Shown here one piece after another: positions 1 to 12,200 of a stretch of 64,000 nt of DNA. The DNA lies in IMG/VR virus record IMGVR_UViG_3300027710_000009, one strand, 5' to 3'. Under the pieces are notes generated by a model. That model was not told the DNA's origin and did no database searches. It saw nothing but the letters and a program-made list of their open reading frames with translations. Position 1 is the first letter of the stretch. Every line of letters starts with the position of its first letter. Source of the DNA: a virus. Its lineage: Duplodnaviria; Heunggongvirae; Uroviricota; Caudoviricetes. Made by a program: the position numbers and the translations under genes.

Positions 1-2
1 GC

Positions 3-1106
3 TACGATCCCAATACTGGCATGCAAACACACGAGCAAGGCGATACCTATACTGTTGAGCGTCCAATGCCAGTGCCGTATCTGATGACCTTGAAGTTGGA
101 TATCTGGACCAGCAACACTGATCAAAAACTGCAACTTATTGAACAAATTGCCACACTGTTTAATCCCAGCTTGGAAATACAAAGCACTGACAACTACATT
201 GACTGGACCAGTTTGAGCTATGTTATGTTAAGCGACATGACTTGGAGTAGCCGTAGTGTTCCAGTGGGCACCGATGATCCAATTGACATTGCCACAATGA
301 CTTTTGAGATGCCAATTTGGATTGCACCTCCTGCCAAAGTTACACACATGAATGTTATACAACGTATTATTGCCAGTGTGTACGACAATGCAGGCAATTT
401 GGACAAAGATATATTTGATCCAGATAAAATTTTAATTCGTCGTGTTATGACTTTGCTTGGTTACGGTGTGGTGTTGGTTGGTAACAAACTCAAACTAGTA
501 AAACAACAACAGGGCCTATCATCTGAAGAATTTGATATTACCACAGAAGTCTACGGCACTGACAAAGTTGTATGGCGCAATGTTCTAAACCAATACGGCA
601 CTATCACCAATGGTGTTAGTCAGATTCGATTAGAAACAGAAACTGGTGCAGAAGTAATTGGCACAGTGGCATTTGATCCAACTGATGAAGCACAGCTATT
701 GTTTAATGTAATCAGCGACACTGTTCCTACCAATACCTTGAATTCAATCAATGCAATTATTGACCCATTCAAAAGCAACATTATCGAACTGCTGTTCAAC
801 AACGATGGTACATATAAAGTAACTGCTGGAACCAGGTTCTTGATACTGAATGATATAGGATCAGAGTCTAGTACAGAATTTGCAAAAGCATGGGCACCGA
901 ACAATATTCCGGTTGTGGCACATGCCAATGATATTGTACAATATGATGGTTCGCGTTGGTCAGTGTCTTTCAACAGCAGAGATGCAACCACAGCGCACTA
1001 TGTAACTAACACCACTACCAATGTGCAGTATCGTTGGGATGGGGAAAATTGGGTAAAAAGCTATGAAGGCCTGTACAGAGAATCATCATGGAGACTAGTG
1101 TTGTAG
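3..1106 (+). CDS. T4 gp15-like tail terminator / sheath stabilizer with C-terminal extension (5'-truncated)
   Basis: The frame is open from the window edge (YDPNTG-MQTHEQ...). The motif VPYLMTLKLDIWTSNTDQKLQLIEQIATLFNP resembles the gp15-type PVPY...QI.EQI.P.F.P signature. Confidence 0.65.
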   Translation, partial: YDPNTGMQTHEQGDTYTVERPMPVPYLMTLKLDIWTSNTDQKLQLIEQIATLFNPSLEIQSTDNYIDWTSLSYVMLSDMTWSSRSVPVGTDDPIDIATMTFEMPIWIAPPAKVTHMNVIQRIIASVYDNAGNLDKDIFDPDKILIRRVMTLLGYGVVLVGNKLKLVKQQQGLSSEEFDITTEVYGTDKVVWRNVLNQYGTITNGVSQIRLETETGAEVIGTVAFDPTDEAQLLFNVISDTVPTNTLNSINAIIDPFKSNIIELLFNNDGTYKVTAGTRFLILNDIGSESSTEFAKAWAPNNIPVVAHANDIVQYDGSRWSVSFNSRDATTAHYVTNTTTNVQYRWDGENWVKSYEGLYRESSWRLVL

Positions 1107-1519
1107 AAAGCTCCGGAGCATTGATCTATGCCAAGAACACGCATAGGTACTTGTTCCTGCTGAGAACCAGCAGTAAGTATCGAAACAGTTGGGGACTTGT
1201 GGGCGGCAAAATTGAAGCAGGAGAAACCATAGTACAAGGCCTGCGACGAGAAATACTTGAAGAACTTGGCGGTGAAATCAAAGATGCAAAAATTCGCCCA
1301 ATTGAAAAATTCACCAGCGACAACAACCAATTTTGTTATCACACTTTTTTAATTGTAGTTGATGAGGAATTTATTCCCCAACTCAACAACGAGCACGACG
1401 GCTATTGTTGGGTTCCGTTAGAAAAATATCCAAAGCCATTACACCCAGGAGTTTGGCGTACATTCAAATTTGATGTAATCATCAATAAAATAAAAACAAT
1501 TGAAAAAATTGTCAAGTGA
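1088..1519 (+). CDS. NUDIX hydrolase
   Basis: Canonical Nudix box GGKIEAGETIVQGLRREILEELG (Gx5Ex7REUxEExG). Overlaps the end of the upstream gene. Confidence 0.9.
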   Translation: METSVVESSGALIYAKNTHRYLFLLRTSSKYRNSWGLVGGKIEAGETIVQGLRREILEELGGEIKDAKIRPIEKFTSDNNQFCYHTFLIVVDEEFIPQLNNEHDGYCWVPLEKYPKPLHPGVWRTFKFDVIINKIKTIEKIVK

Positions 1520-2258
1520 CGCCAAGGTCGGCTTCAATGATATATTGGTTAAAACTAATCTGTCTAAAATTAGATAACTTGCGCCACGCTGGCGGGCATA
1601 CATAATTTGGTGTGCTGGTGACTCTAACAAATTCTACTTCGTTATAAACTGACATCACATGCTCCATGGACAGTATCCAGTAGTCGTCACTGTAGTTGTG
1701 TGATGGATCTGCATAGCCTGGAGTGCCAGCATAGACATTGTTGTTGTAGTTGGCGCCAGCTGAATTGTCAAAACCCAGTAGATATATTTTTTCATGTCCA
1801 TCAAAGCAAGCCAAGTACACAGCAACCGTACCTGCATTGCTCACGTAGTCTTGCGGAACTAGATAAAATTTATTTGGATATTTAAGAATTTTGTCGCTGT
1901 TGGCATACACAATGTTTCTGTCACAGTAGCCATTGTCTGCAATTTCATCGCATATGTCGTTGCCAACTGCAACTAAGAATGTTGGGTTGATATCTCTATA
2001 TGCGGCATTACATGCATAGGTCTGCATGCTCTTAGCACCTAGCCTTCCGGCTAAGTGCGTCATGAGTAACTTGGTAGGGAATGTTTTTCTAGAACTACCA
2101 TTGCCAATGATTGTGGCAATTTTGGAGAGTTGGTTGTTGGCTACTGCTGTAGGAACCCACTCGGTTTTGTAAAGCCATTCAGATCCTCGAAACGCGGCCT
2201 CGGTGGTAATACGCTCACCACCGTAATTGGCCCTATAGATCTTGTTTAGCTTTTGCAA
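1512..2258 (-). CDS. DUF115/Maf (MptE-like, GT42-fold-like) putative glycosyltransferase
   Basis: Motifs IIGNGSS, YACNAAYRD, NAGTVAVYLA and GHEKIYLLGFD are typical of Maf/Cst-like Rossmann proteins. The TTG start lies 2 nt after the upstream stop. Confidence 0.55.
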   Translation of the reverse strand: MQKLNKIYRANYGGERITTEAAFRGSEWLYKTEWVPTAVANNQLSKIATIIGNGSSRKTFPTKLLMTHLAGRLGAKSMQTYACNAAYRDINPTFLVAVGNDICDEIADNGYCDRNIVYANSDKILKYPNKFYLVPQDYVSNAGTVAVYLACFDGHEKIYLLGFDNSAGANYNNNVYAGTPGYADPSHNYSDDYWILSMEHVMSVYNEVEFVRVTSTPNYVCPPAWRKLSNFRQISFNQYIIEADLGVT

Positions 2259-2260
2259 CT

Positions 2261-2599
2261 TTAGACACCGAAGATAATCCCAACGGAGTCAACGTAGCTC
2301 TTTGGAACAATGCTGTTTGCTGTGAACGCACTAGTTGGTGCGGATGCGTAACTCAATGTACCACTAACTGTAAAGTTCTGTACAGTCATGTTGCCAGTAA
2401 AAGTAGGACTAGTCAATGTTTTATTGGCCAGTGTCTGTGTGGCTGTTAGGCTAACCAACTCAGAGATACCACCAGCGGTTGAACCGTCGTGAACAATCAG
2501 AGTTTGTTTATTTGTATCGAGAGTAACTTCACCAACCGCACCAGTGAATGTGCTGTGTTGTACTGATGTACCTCTGCGAAATTGTACTTGTGCAGTCAT
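2261..2599 (-). CDS. Short virion protein with major-tropism-determinant N-terminal (Mtd_N-like) domain
   Basis: QVQFRRGT...FTGAVGEVTLDT...VHDGSTAGG. Paralog of 19232-19603. Confidence 0.75.
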   Translation of the reverse strand: MTAQVQFRRGTSVQHSTFTGAVGEVTLDTNKQTLIVHDGSTAGGISELVSLTATQTLANKTLTSPTFTGNMTVQNFTVSGTLSYASAPTSAFTANSIVPKSYVDSVGIIFGV

Positions 2600-2600
2600 T

Positions 2601-3158
2601 TTATGCTATACTCCCGTAATCTTGTTGGAAATTTGGTGCGTTGGTAATTAAGCCGTAATCAGCTGTGAAATTGTTTGTGGTAACTGGCGCACCGTTAATT
2701 GTAACGATACCTTTGAAATCCCAATTTTCTGGACTTACCCATTGTCCATCATAAACGCTGATGTTACCGTATATGCCGCCTGGACCAATGCTGATTCCGC
2801 CGCCTCGTGCTTGTGTTGCACTGGCTGCGTTATTTGCCAGGGTAATATTCTTGTCATTGGTTGTGATTTCTGTGGTACCTACAGTAGTAGTGTTACCTGC
2901 AATAAACAAGTTACCAATAACATAAACATCGCTTAACGCACTTACTAATCCGCCCACGTTTAGTCGTCCAACAACACCAGCGCCGCCTGTAACTACTAAA
3001 GCACCTGTTGTTGGGCTTAGGCTGGTTGCACCAGCAATAGTTACGTTGGAAATCTGGGTAGCTTGACGTGTCCACGTACCGTAGGTGGAGTTATAGGTAT
3101 ACAGAATGTTATTAACTGTAGCCTGTTGTCCATTAACTGGTGATGATGGAAATGCCAT
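2601..3158 (-). CDS. Virion fibre-associated protein
   Basis: Starts MAFPSSP.NGQ...YTYN...W, carries a TGALVVTGG.GV.G.LNVGG fibre repeat and ends DYGLIT...DYGSIA. Confidence 0.65.
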   Translation of the reverse strand: MAFPSSPVNGQQATVNNILYTYNSTYGTWTRQATQISNVTIAGATSLSPTTGALVVTGGAGVVGRLNVGGLVSALSDVYVIGNLFIAGNTTTVGTTEITTNDKNITLANNAASATQARGGGISIGPGGIYGNISVYDGQWVSPENWDFKGIVTINGAPVTTNNFTADYGLITNAPNFQQDYGSIA

Positions 3159-3185
3159 TTTTACCGTACCTTTTTCTTGTCAAAG

Positions 3186-3192
3186 TATTTAT
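3186..3192 (-). promoter_or_regulatory. T4-late-like promoter box (ATAAATA)
   Basis: Intergenic, 27 nt upstream of the 3158 start. The same box precedes most structural genes. Confidence 0.6.
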
Positions 3193-3205
3193 GCCGAACT
3201 CAAAA

Positions 3206-6200
3206 TTACCATGTGTACAAGCCTGCACGTACCCAGCTATTTGGTGCTACGCACACGTACAACCAGCCGCCATCCCAGGTAATTTCCCCAGTAAGTCCTG
3301 GGCTACCCGGAGTGGCAGGGCTTTGAGTTTTGGTTACACGGAAACGCTCTACTTTGAGAGTGCCCGTAGTTTTATCAAAAGCAAAGTTTGCATTTGCTCC
3401 AAAAGTGCCATTGTCGTTGAACTGTACTTCGCCGTCTCCGCCAGCAATATCCTGACTTGGAAGTACAGCACGTAGCGGAGTAGAGAACAGATCTATCCAG
3501 TATTCATTTGTGCCATCAAATATGTAACGGTATAAAATGTCTGTGCCACTTTGATACCACATGTCGCCGTTGACTGGGCCAGGCGGTGGGGTCGGGCTTG
3601 TGGTAGTTTTGATACCACCGCCTTGGTATATTAAGTTGCCGTTTACTGTGAAATCAGTGAAGCTAATATTTGGTGTAAAACCAATGCTGATTGTATTGCC
3701 AGCAACTGTGGTACTGATTTGATTTGGTACGCCAACAACAACCAGTGTGTTGCCACCATTGATTGAGCTGGTTCCTACATTACCAACCAAGCCAAATGTT
3801 GTGCTAACTGAATTACTTGTGATGCTGGTGATACGACCTTTGTCGTCTACAACCACAGTTGGTATACTTGTTGCACTTCCGTAGTTGCCTGCCGCAACAC
3901 CTGTAGGTGTTAGGTCAAGTCCTAGGTTAAAACCGTTTGTAATATTAGCAACAATATTCTGTGTGTTAGCAACAGTTGTAGTTACAAAACTCACACCGTT
4001 CGCATAGTAGTAGTTGTCGCTGACAATACCATTACCAATCACGTTTCCAATAGTTTGAAAGTCGCCAAGCCCATCAAAATCGTTTGTGATATTTGCCACA
4101 GTGGCAGACGCAAAGTCAACCCAGTATGTGTTTGTACCATCATCAATGTATTGATACAAGATATCAGTATCAGTCTTGTACCACTGGTCACCCACAGTTG
4201 GACTTGCTGGAGCACTGATACTGGTTGTCTTACGAATACCACCACCTACTACGTTGCCGGTAATTGTTACATTGCCGCCAATTGTGGCACTACCAATCAC
4301 ATCCAAACTAGCAATAGATCCAAAGCCACCGTTGGCAATAGTCAACCCACCAATGACGGCAGTTGTACCTGTTGCCGTGATATTACCGTTTAGCGCAGTA
4401 AAACCATTGACAGCCAAGTATGAGCCTGTTGCACTCAGGTTACCAGGTACAACAGATAGTCCACCAACTGTCAGTTGCCCAGTTGCTGTTACATTACCAT
4501 TATTTGTGCTGAATCCATATGCTGTAATATTACCAGCAGTTAGATTACCAACCACTGCATTGCCTGCAATACTTAAAGTTGCACCAGCAACACTTGTGTT
4601 AGAAACAATGCTTTGCCCAGTAATGGTGTCTAACGCAGTTACCTTACCAGTCAAGTTAATGTTGCCTGTTATGCCAACACCGCCAATCACAACCACAGCG
4701 CCGGTTGTTTGATCTGTACTCAATGTGCCAGAAACAAATCCTACGTCACTGCCATACTGTGAGTTTGCCACCGTGATGTTGGCAATTGCCGCACTAGTAT
4801 AGTCAATCCAGTATGTGCTTGTGCCATCATTGACAAATTGATAGTACACATCTGTGTCTGTTTTGTACCAAACATCGCCCACAATTGGATTTGCTGGGGT
4901 AAAAGTTTGAGCATACTTGCGAAGTCCGCCACCAGATATATTGCCAGTAACAATGACATCACCACCTGCTGTGATGTTGCCAATTACTCCTAGACTTGTA
5001 ATGTCTGCAAACGATCCATTTTCAATTGTGAGTCCACCAACAACAGCGCGAGCACCTGTTGACAATATGTTGCCATTGCTGGTACTAAACCCTTGAGCTG
5101 TGATATTGCCAGCTGTGACACTTAGCCCGGCTGCTGAGAAATACTGTCCTGTAGCAACAAGATTTCCGCCTGTTGTGGTAATTCCTTGTGCTGTTAAATA
5201 TCCGCCAACATTGGCATTTGAGTATGTGCCAAAATAATATCCGTCTAGGATACTTGCGCCATTTGGATATGTGAACGCAGTTGCACGTATTGCTGGAGTG
5301 TACACAGTGCCGGCAATAACATTGCCAACTGTGATATTGGCACTGATGTTTACATCGCCTACAACACCAACACCACCTGCAACACGCAATGCACCAGAGG
5401 TTGAATCTATACTAGGCGTGCCGCTAACAATTTCTAAATCACTAACTGTTTCTGCGCTTTGTGTTACATTTGCAACAGTTGGACTGACCATGTCAACCCA
5501 ATAAGTGCCAGTTCCATCATTGATGTACTCATAGTAGACATCAGTATCTGTTTTGTACCAGATGTCTCCTACTATTGGATTCACAGGAGCATTAGTGCTT
5601 GTGGTTTTACGAATACCACCGCCCGTGACATTGCCTGTGATTGTAACATCACCACCAATTGTAGCTGAGCCAACTACACCTAAACTTGCCAGTGAGCCAA
5701 AGCCACCATTGATAATTTCAAGTCCACCAATCTGAGCATAGGTACCAGTTGCAATTACATTACCGTTGCTGGTTGAGAATCCATAAGCTGTGATATTGCC
5801 TGCTGTGACACTCAATCCACCAGCTGAAAAATAAGAACCAGTTGCGCTTAGATTACCCGGAATTTGTGCTAGGCCGCCAACTGTCAGTTGCCCAGTTGCT
5901 GTTACATTGCCATTGTTAGTGGAGAATCCATAGCCTGTGATATTACCAGCAGTTAGATTACCAACTACGGCAGCACCTGCAATACTCAGTGTTGCACCTG
6001 TGATGCTGGTATTAGATACAATGCGTTGACCAGTAACGGTATCTAGTGCTGTCACTTGTCCGGTTAAATTAATATTTCCTGTGACGCCAACACCACCAAT
6101 CACAACCACAGCACCTGTTGTTTGGTCTGTACTCAATGTGCCGGAAACAAATCCTACATCAGTTCCGTATTGAGCATTGGCTGTGCTGATATTTGCTACT

Positions 6201-9200
6201 GTGGCGCTAGTGTAGTCAATCCAGTAGGTATTGGTACCGTCATTGACATATTGATAAAATACGTCAGTGTCTGTTTTGTACCAAACATCTCCTTGTACTG
6301 GATTTACTGGAGCAGTAGTGCTTTGTGTTTTGCGGATGCCGCCGCCTGTGATGTTACCAGTTACTGCAAGGTCGTTGCCAATTGTGACTGAGCCAATTAC
6401 TCCCAAACTTGCAACATTTCCAAACGCACCATTTTCAATGGTGAGTCCACCAACAACTGCTCGAGAACCTGTGGTAATCAAATTGCCGTTGTTGGTTGAG
6501 AATCCATACCCAACAATGTTGCCTAGAGTTACATTTCCTGCTAGAGCAGTTAGACCGCCTGCTGAAAAATACTGTCCTGTAGCAGTGACATTGCCGTATT
6601 CTGCTTGGAATCCGCCGCCGGTAATTTTGTTACCGCGACCAATAATGTTTCCATTGACGCCAACAAACTCGCCAAACTCGGCATAGCTTTGTGACACAAA
6701 ATATCTGTCAATTTCAATAGCCCCTTGGATAAACAAGTTGCCACCAATACTGGCACCACCATTGCCTGCAATTACCAGTGCACCAGTGTTGTGCTGTGTT
6801 GCTCTAGCGTCGCCATCAATAACAACATTACCGCTAATGGTTGCATTAGCGCCAAGATTTAGATTTCCAGTTGCACCAATGCCGCCAACCACAGTGAGTG
6901 CGCCTGTGCTGGTGCTGGTACTTTCTGTGCCGCTGGCAATTGAAAAATTACTATTGGTACTGTTGTCAACTGCGGCGTTACTTACTGTTGCGCCTGCATA
7001 ATCAATCCAGTAACTGGCAGTGCCATCATTGATGTATTGATAGTACACATCTGTGTCTGTCTTGTACCAAACATCGCCTTGCACTGGGTTCACAGGAGGT
7101 GTTGTGCTTTGTGTTTTGCGTAGGCCACCACCAGTGATGTTGCCAGTTACTGCAAGATCAGCGCCCACAGTTGCTGAACCAATCACGCCCAAACTTGCAA
7201 GACTGCTCAACCCACCGTTGCTGATAACTAGTCCGCCAATATTAGCACTTGGTGCAAAAATATTACCAGCTGTTGCTGTAAATCCACCTGCGCTCAAATA
7301 ACTGCCTGTGGCAACAATATTTCCGTCAGCAATAGTAACGTTACGAGCTGTTAGGTAAGCAGTGACATTGGCATTGGAGTAGGTACCTTCATTGCCAACC
7401 AAAATGCTCACACCATTGGCATAAGTGAATGCAGTACCTGTAACAGTGCCGTCTGCTTTTAAGTTTCCACCTAGATTTACATTACCAACAACACCAACAC
7501 CTCCTACAACTTGTAGTGCGCCGGTTGAATTACTAGTGCTGAGTGTGCCGCTAGCAATTAAAAAATCACTGTTGGTGCTGTTGTTAACAGTGGCATTGGA
7601 AATAGTAGCGCCAATGTAGTCTACCCAATAGTTGTTTGTACCGTCATTGATGTACTGATAGTACACATCAGTATCAGTTTTGTACCAAACATCACCCACC
7701 ACTGGATTTGCAGGAGCACCTAATTGTGCATACTTGCGTAGTCCACCGCCAGTGATATTGCCAGACAATGTGACATCTCTAGCAACAATATCCAATGCTG
7801 AAACATTGGCAGCAATTATATTACCAGCCGCAATGTTACCAGTTGTGATTGCTCCAGTCAAGTAAGCGGCTACATTGGTATTGCTGAATGTACCTGTGAT
7901 ACGCGATGCTAAAGATTGACCGTTTGCAAATATAAAATTGTCTGAACGGAAACTGGTTGCTGTTGCATTGCCAGCAAATACATTTCCAGTTATGCCAACA
8001 CCGCCAACAACAGTCAACGCACCTGTATCAACATCAGTGCTTTCTGTACCGCTGGCAACACGATAATCATTATTGGTGCTTGCAGAAACTGCGGCATTAG
8101 AAACAGTTGCACCTACATAGTCAATCCAGTATTTGTTGGTACCATCTGATGTGTACTGATAGTACACATCCGTATCAGTTTTGTACCACAGGTCACCAAC
8201 TGTTGGATTAACAGGAGCAGTTGTGCTTTGTGTTTTACGCACACCGCCAGCAACAATGTTTCCTGTAACAGTTACATCACCACCAACTGCAAGTGCGCCA
8301 GCTATGTCAGCACGAGCAATGGATGCAATACCTGTGGACAAATTGGCACTGGTTAAATTACCGCCAATTGTGCCTGCACCTGTTACTGCAAGAGTAGCAG
8401 ACTGTAGGTTGAGATTTGCTGTGATGTTGTTTGCAACCAGGTTGGCACCAATTATTGACAAACCACCCACATACAAGTTTTCAGTGATGCCCACACCGCC
8501 AGTGATTCTTGCCGCACCTGTTATGGTGCTGGTGCTAGAGGTGCCAGTCACAACCTCCAAATCAGACAACAAGCCAGTGCTTGGACTTGCGTTACTTACA
8601 CTAGGACCAACATAGTCAATCCAGAAATTGTTTGTGCCATCGTGTGTGTATTGGTACAAAACGTCTGTGTCAGTCTTGTACCAAATATCACCCACTGTTG
8701 GGTTGGCTGGTGCGTTGATACTTGTGGTCTTGCGAATACCACCACCAACCACTCGTCCTGTGACATCCAAGTTGCCGCCAATGGTTGCAGCGCCACTGAT
8801 AGCCATTGCTCCAGCAATGTCAGCACGGCCAGCTAGGCTCATGTTGGTACCAGATAGGTTACCAGATAAGTTTGTTGGGCCAGCTACTGTTAAACTGTCT
8901 GCGGCAAGAGCACCACCAATATTGGTGTTGGCACTTACACCAAGTCCACCAGTGACTACCAATGCACCTGTTGTGGTACTAGTACTTTGAACACCGCTAA
9001 TGGCACGTAGTTGTCCTTGTGCGCTTACAATACCGCCTGCAAAGATATTACCAACAACACCTACACCACCAACAACTGTAATTGCACCAGTATCGGTATT
9101 GATGCTTTCTGTACCACTTGCCACACGCAAGTCAACTGATTGGCTTGCAGTAGTTGCGGCATTGCTTACTGTGGCACTTACATAGTCAATCCAATAATTG

Positions 9201-12200
9201 GTTGTTCCGTCATTGACATAGGTGTAGTAAACATCTGTGTCTGTTTTGTACCATACATCGCCCACTGCTGGGGAAACTGGAGCAGTTGTCTGTGCATACT
9301 TACGGATACCAGGAGCATCAATGCTTGTGGTTACATTTAGAGTTGGTACTGTCAGTGTACTACTCAGATTCAATGTTGTCAAGTTTGCAGAAGAAGCAAA
9401 CAACGATGTGAATGTACCCACGCCTGCATTTACATTGCCTGTTACGTTTACATGCTGACCAACACTCAAAGTTTTGGCTACGCTGGCATTGCCTGCTGTG
9501 TTAATTTTGAACGCATCAGCTTGTACTGTGGATCCAATTGCATTCTTAATGCCAATACTGAATGTGTTGGCGTTGATACCAAATGGAGTTGCACCAGTTA
9601 GTTCATTGTTCAGTGCATCAATTTCAAAGCCGCCACCTGCCACGCTGGTCTTGATTCCAAGTACGTCATCTGCGGCATCGCTAGAACGAACTTGTACTGT
9701 GTAATTTGGTGTGCCTGGGCCGTGAATAACAACGTTACCGTAGCTGTCAATACCATCTGCAACGTTTAGATAACCTGCGGTCACTGCGGTACATGCTGTG
9801 AATGTACCATCAATTGAGAAGTCGCCGGTGACATTGATATCACCTGTTACTCCAACTCCACCAACCACTACCAACGCACCAGTGTCAGCATCTGTGCTTG
9901 CTGTTCCACTTGCAATGGTAAAATCATTATTTGTACTGTTGTCAACTGCGGCGTTGGAAACAGTAGCACCTACATAGTCAATCCAATAACTGCTGGTACC
10001 GTCATTGACATAGGTGTAGTAAACATCAGTATCAGTTTTGTACCAAACATCTCCTGGTACTGCATTGGCGGGTTTGGTAGTTTGAGCATACTTGCGCACA
10101 CCGCCTGCAACGATATTGCCAGATGCAATAATGTCGCGAGTTATGTTTACGTTACCAGTTACATCTACGTTGGCACCAAATGTTGCGGCACCAATCACAC
10201 CCAAAGTTGGTAGGCTTGGCAAGCCACCATTGTTGATAACTAGTCCGCCAATTGTGGCTGTTGTACCAGTGGCAACTACATTACCATTTGTTACGCTGAT
10301 ACCACCTGCAGAAAAATATGTGCCAGAGCTGGTGATATTACCAACTGCTGTTAGTTTGTTTACATTGGTGTCACCAATTACCTGCAAGGTTGTTGTCTGC
10401 AGGTTGTTGTTTGCTAGAATATTGCCAGCAGTTAAATTGCCACCAAAGTCAGCAATACCAGTGGTATAGATATTGCCAATTAAACCAATACCACCTTGGA
10501 CTCGAACAGCACCTGTTGTTGTGCTTGTGCTTTGAGTATCAGTTGTGATAACAATATCGTAGGCAATTTGATCGCTTGTGATAGACGCATTAGAAACTGT
10601 AGCACCAGCAACGTCAACCCAATATTTGGTTGTGCCATCGTTGATGTATTGGTACAGTGTATCAGTATCTGACTTGTACCACTGATCACCCACAACAGGG
10701 TTGACTGGTGCAGATGCACTGGTGGTCTTGCGAATACCGCCACCAGTAACATTGCCAGTGATTGTGACATCACCACCAATGGTGGCTCCACCAATCACAT
10801 TCAAACTTGCAAGCGAACCAATGCCACCTGCTTCAATTATTACGCCGCCAATGTTGGCAGATGCGGTTTTCAAGTTACCTGCGGTAACTGTCATACCAGC
10901 TGTGCTCAAGAAGCCATCGCTGATGGTTGTGGTACGAGCTGTTAGGTAAGCAGTGACATTGGCGTTGGAGTACGTGCCTTCATTGCCAACCAGGATACTT
11001 ACACCATTTGCATAAGTGAATCCTGTACCAACAACAACTCCAGATGAATTCACTGTTGTGGCTGTTATTGTACCTGTTGTTACATTTCCTGCATTGACAT
11101 TGCCAGAAATGCCTGCGCCGCCAGTTACTTGTAATGCACCGCTTGTGGTGTTTGTGCTTGGTGTACCAGAAACAATTTGTAAATCCTGCAAGCTCTGTGG
11201 ACTTGTGGGATTTGCATTAGAAACTGTGGCACTGGTGTAATCAATCCAGTACTTGCTAGTACCGTCATCAACGTATTGATAAAATACATCGGTGTCTGTT
11301 TTGTACCAAACGTCACCAACTATTGGGTTGGCAGGGGCTCCTGGTTGAGCATACTTGCGAAGGCCACCTGCGCTAATATTGCCAGTAATAGCAACATCAC
11401 CAGTAATAGCAACATTGCCACCAATTGTTGCTGCACCCAACACGCCCAAACTTGCCAGCTGACCAATACCACCTGACTCAATAACAACACCACCAATGTT
11501 GGCAGATGTAGTTTTTAGATTGCCTGCTGTGACAGTCATGCCTGCTGAAGACAGGAAGCCATCACTTATAGTTGTTGTACGTGCTGTTAGATATGCTGTT
11601 ACATTTGCGTTGGAGTATGTGCCTTCGTTACCAACCAGGATACTTACACCATTGGCATAGGTAAAGTTACCAGCAGATACTGTGGCAGTGGATAGGTTGC
11701 CAACAAATACATTTCCGCTTGCGCCAATTCCGCCTTGTACAACCAATGCACCAGTTGATGTACTTGTGCTTGGTGTGCCGCTTACGATCTGTAGGTCTTG
11801 CAGGCTTTGTGATGTGGTTGGACTTGCATTAGAAACTGTGGCACTTGAGTAGTCAACCCAGTACTTGTTTGTGCCATCATTGATGTATTGATAGTACACA
11901 TCTGTGTCTGTCTTGTACCACACATCGCCCACAACAGGGTTAGTAGGTGCGCCTGCCTGGGCATACTTGCGCAGTCCGCCACCTGTTATGTTGCCTGTAA
12001 CAGCTAGGTCAGCACCAATAGTGGCAGCACCCAACACACCCAAACTTGCCAGCTGACCAATGCCGCCTGACTCAATGATAACACCGCCAATGTTGGCAGA
12101 TGTTGTGCGAATGTTACCTGCTGTGGCTATGAAACCACCTGCGGCCAGATAGCCGCCGGTTGCTGTGATGTTGCCGTCAGCAATGGTGACACTGCGAGCA

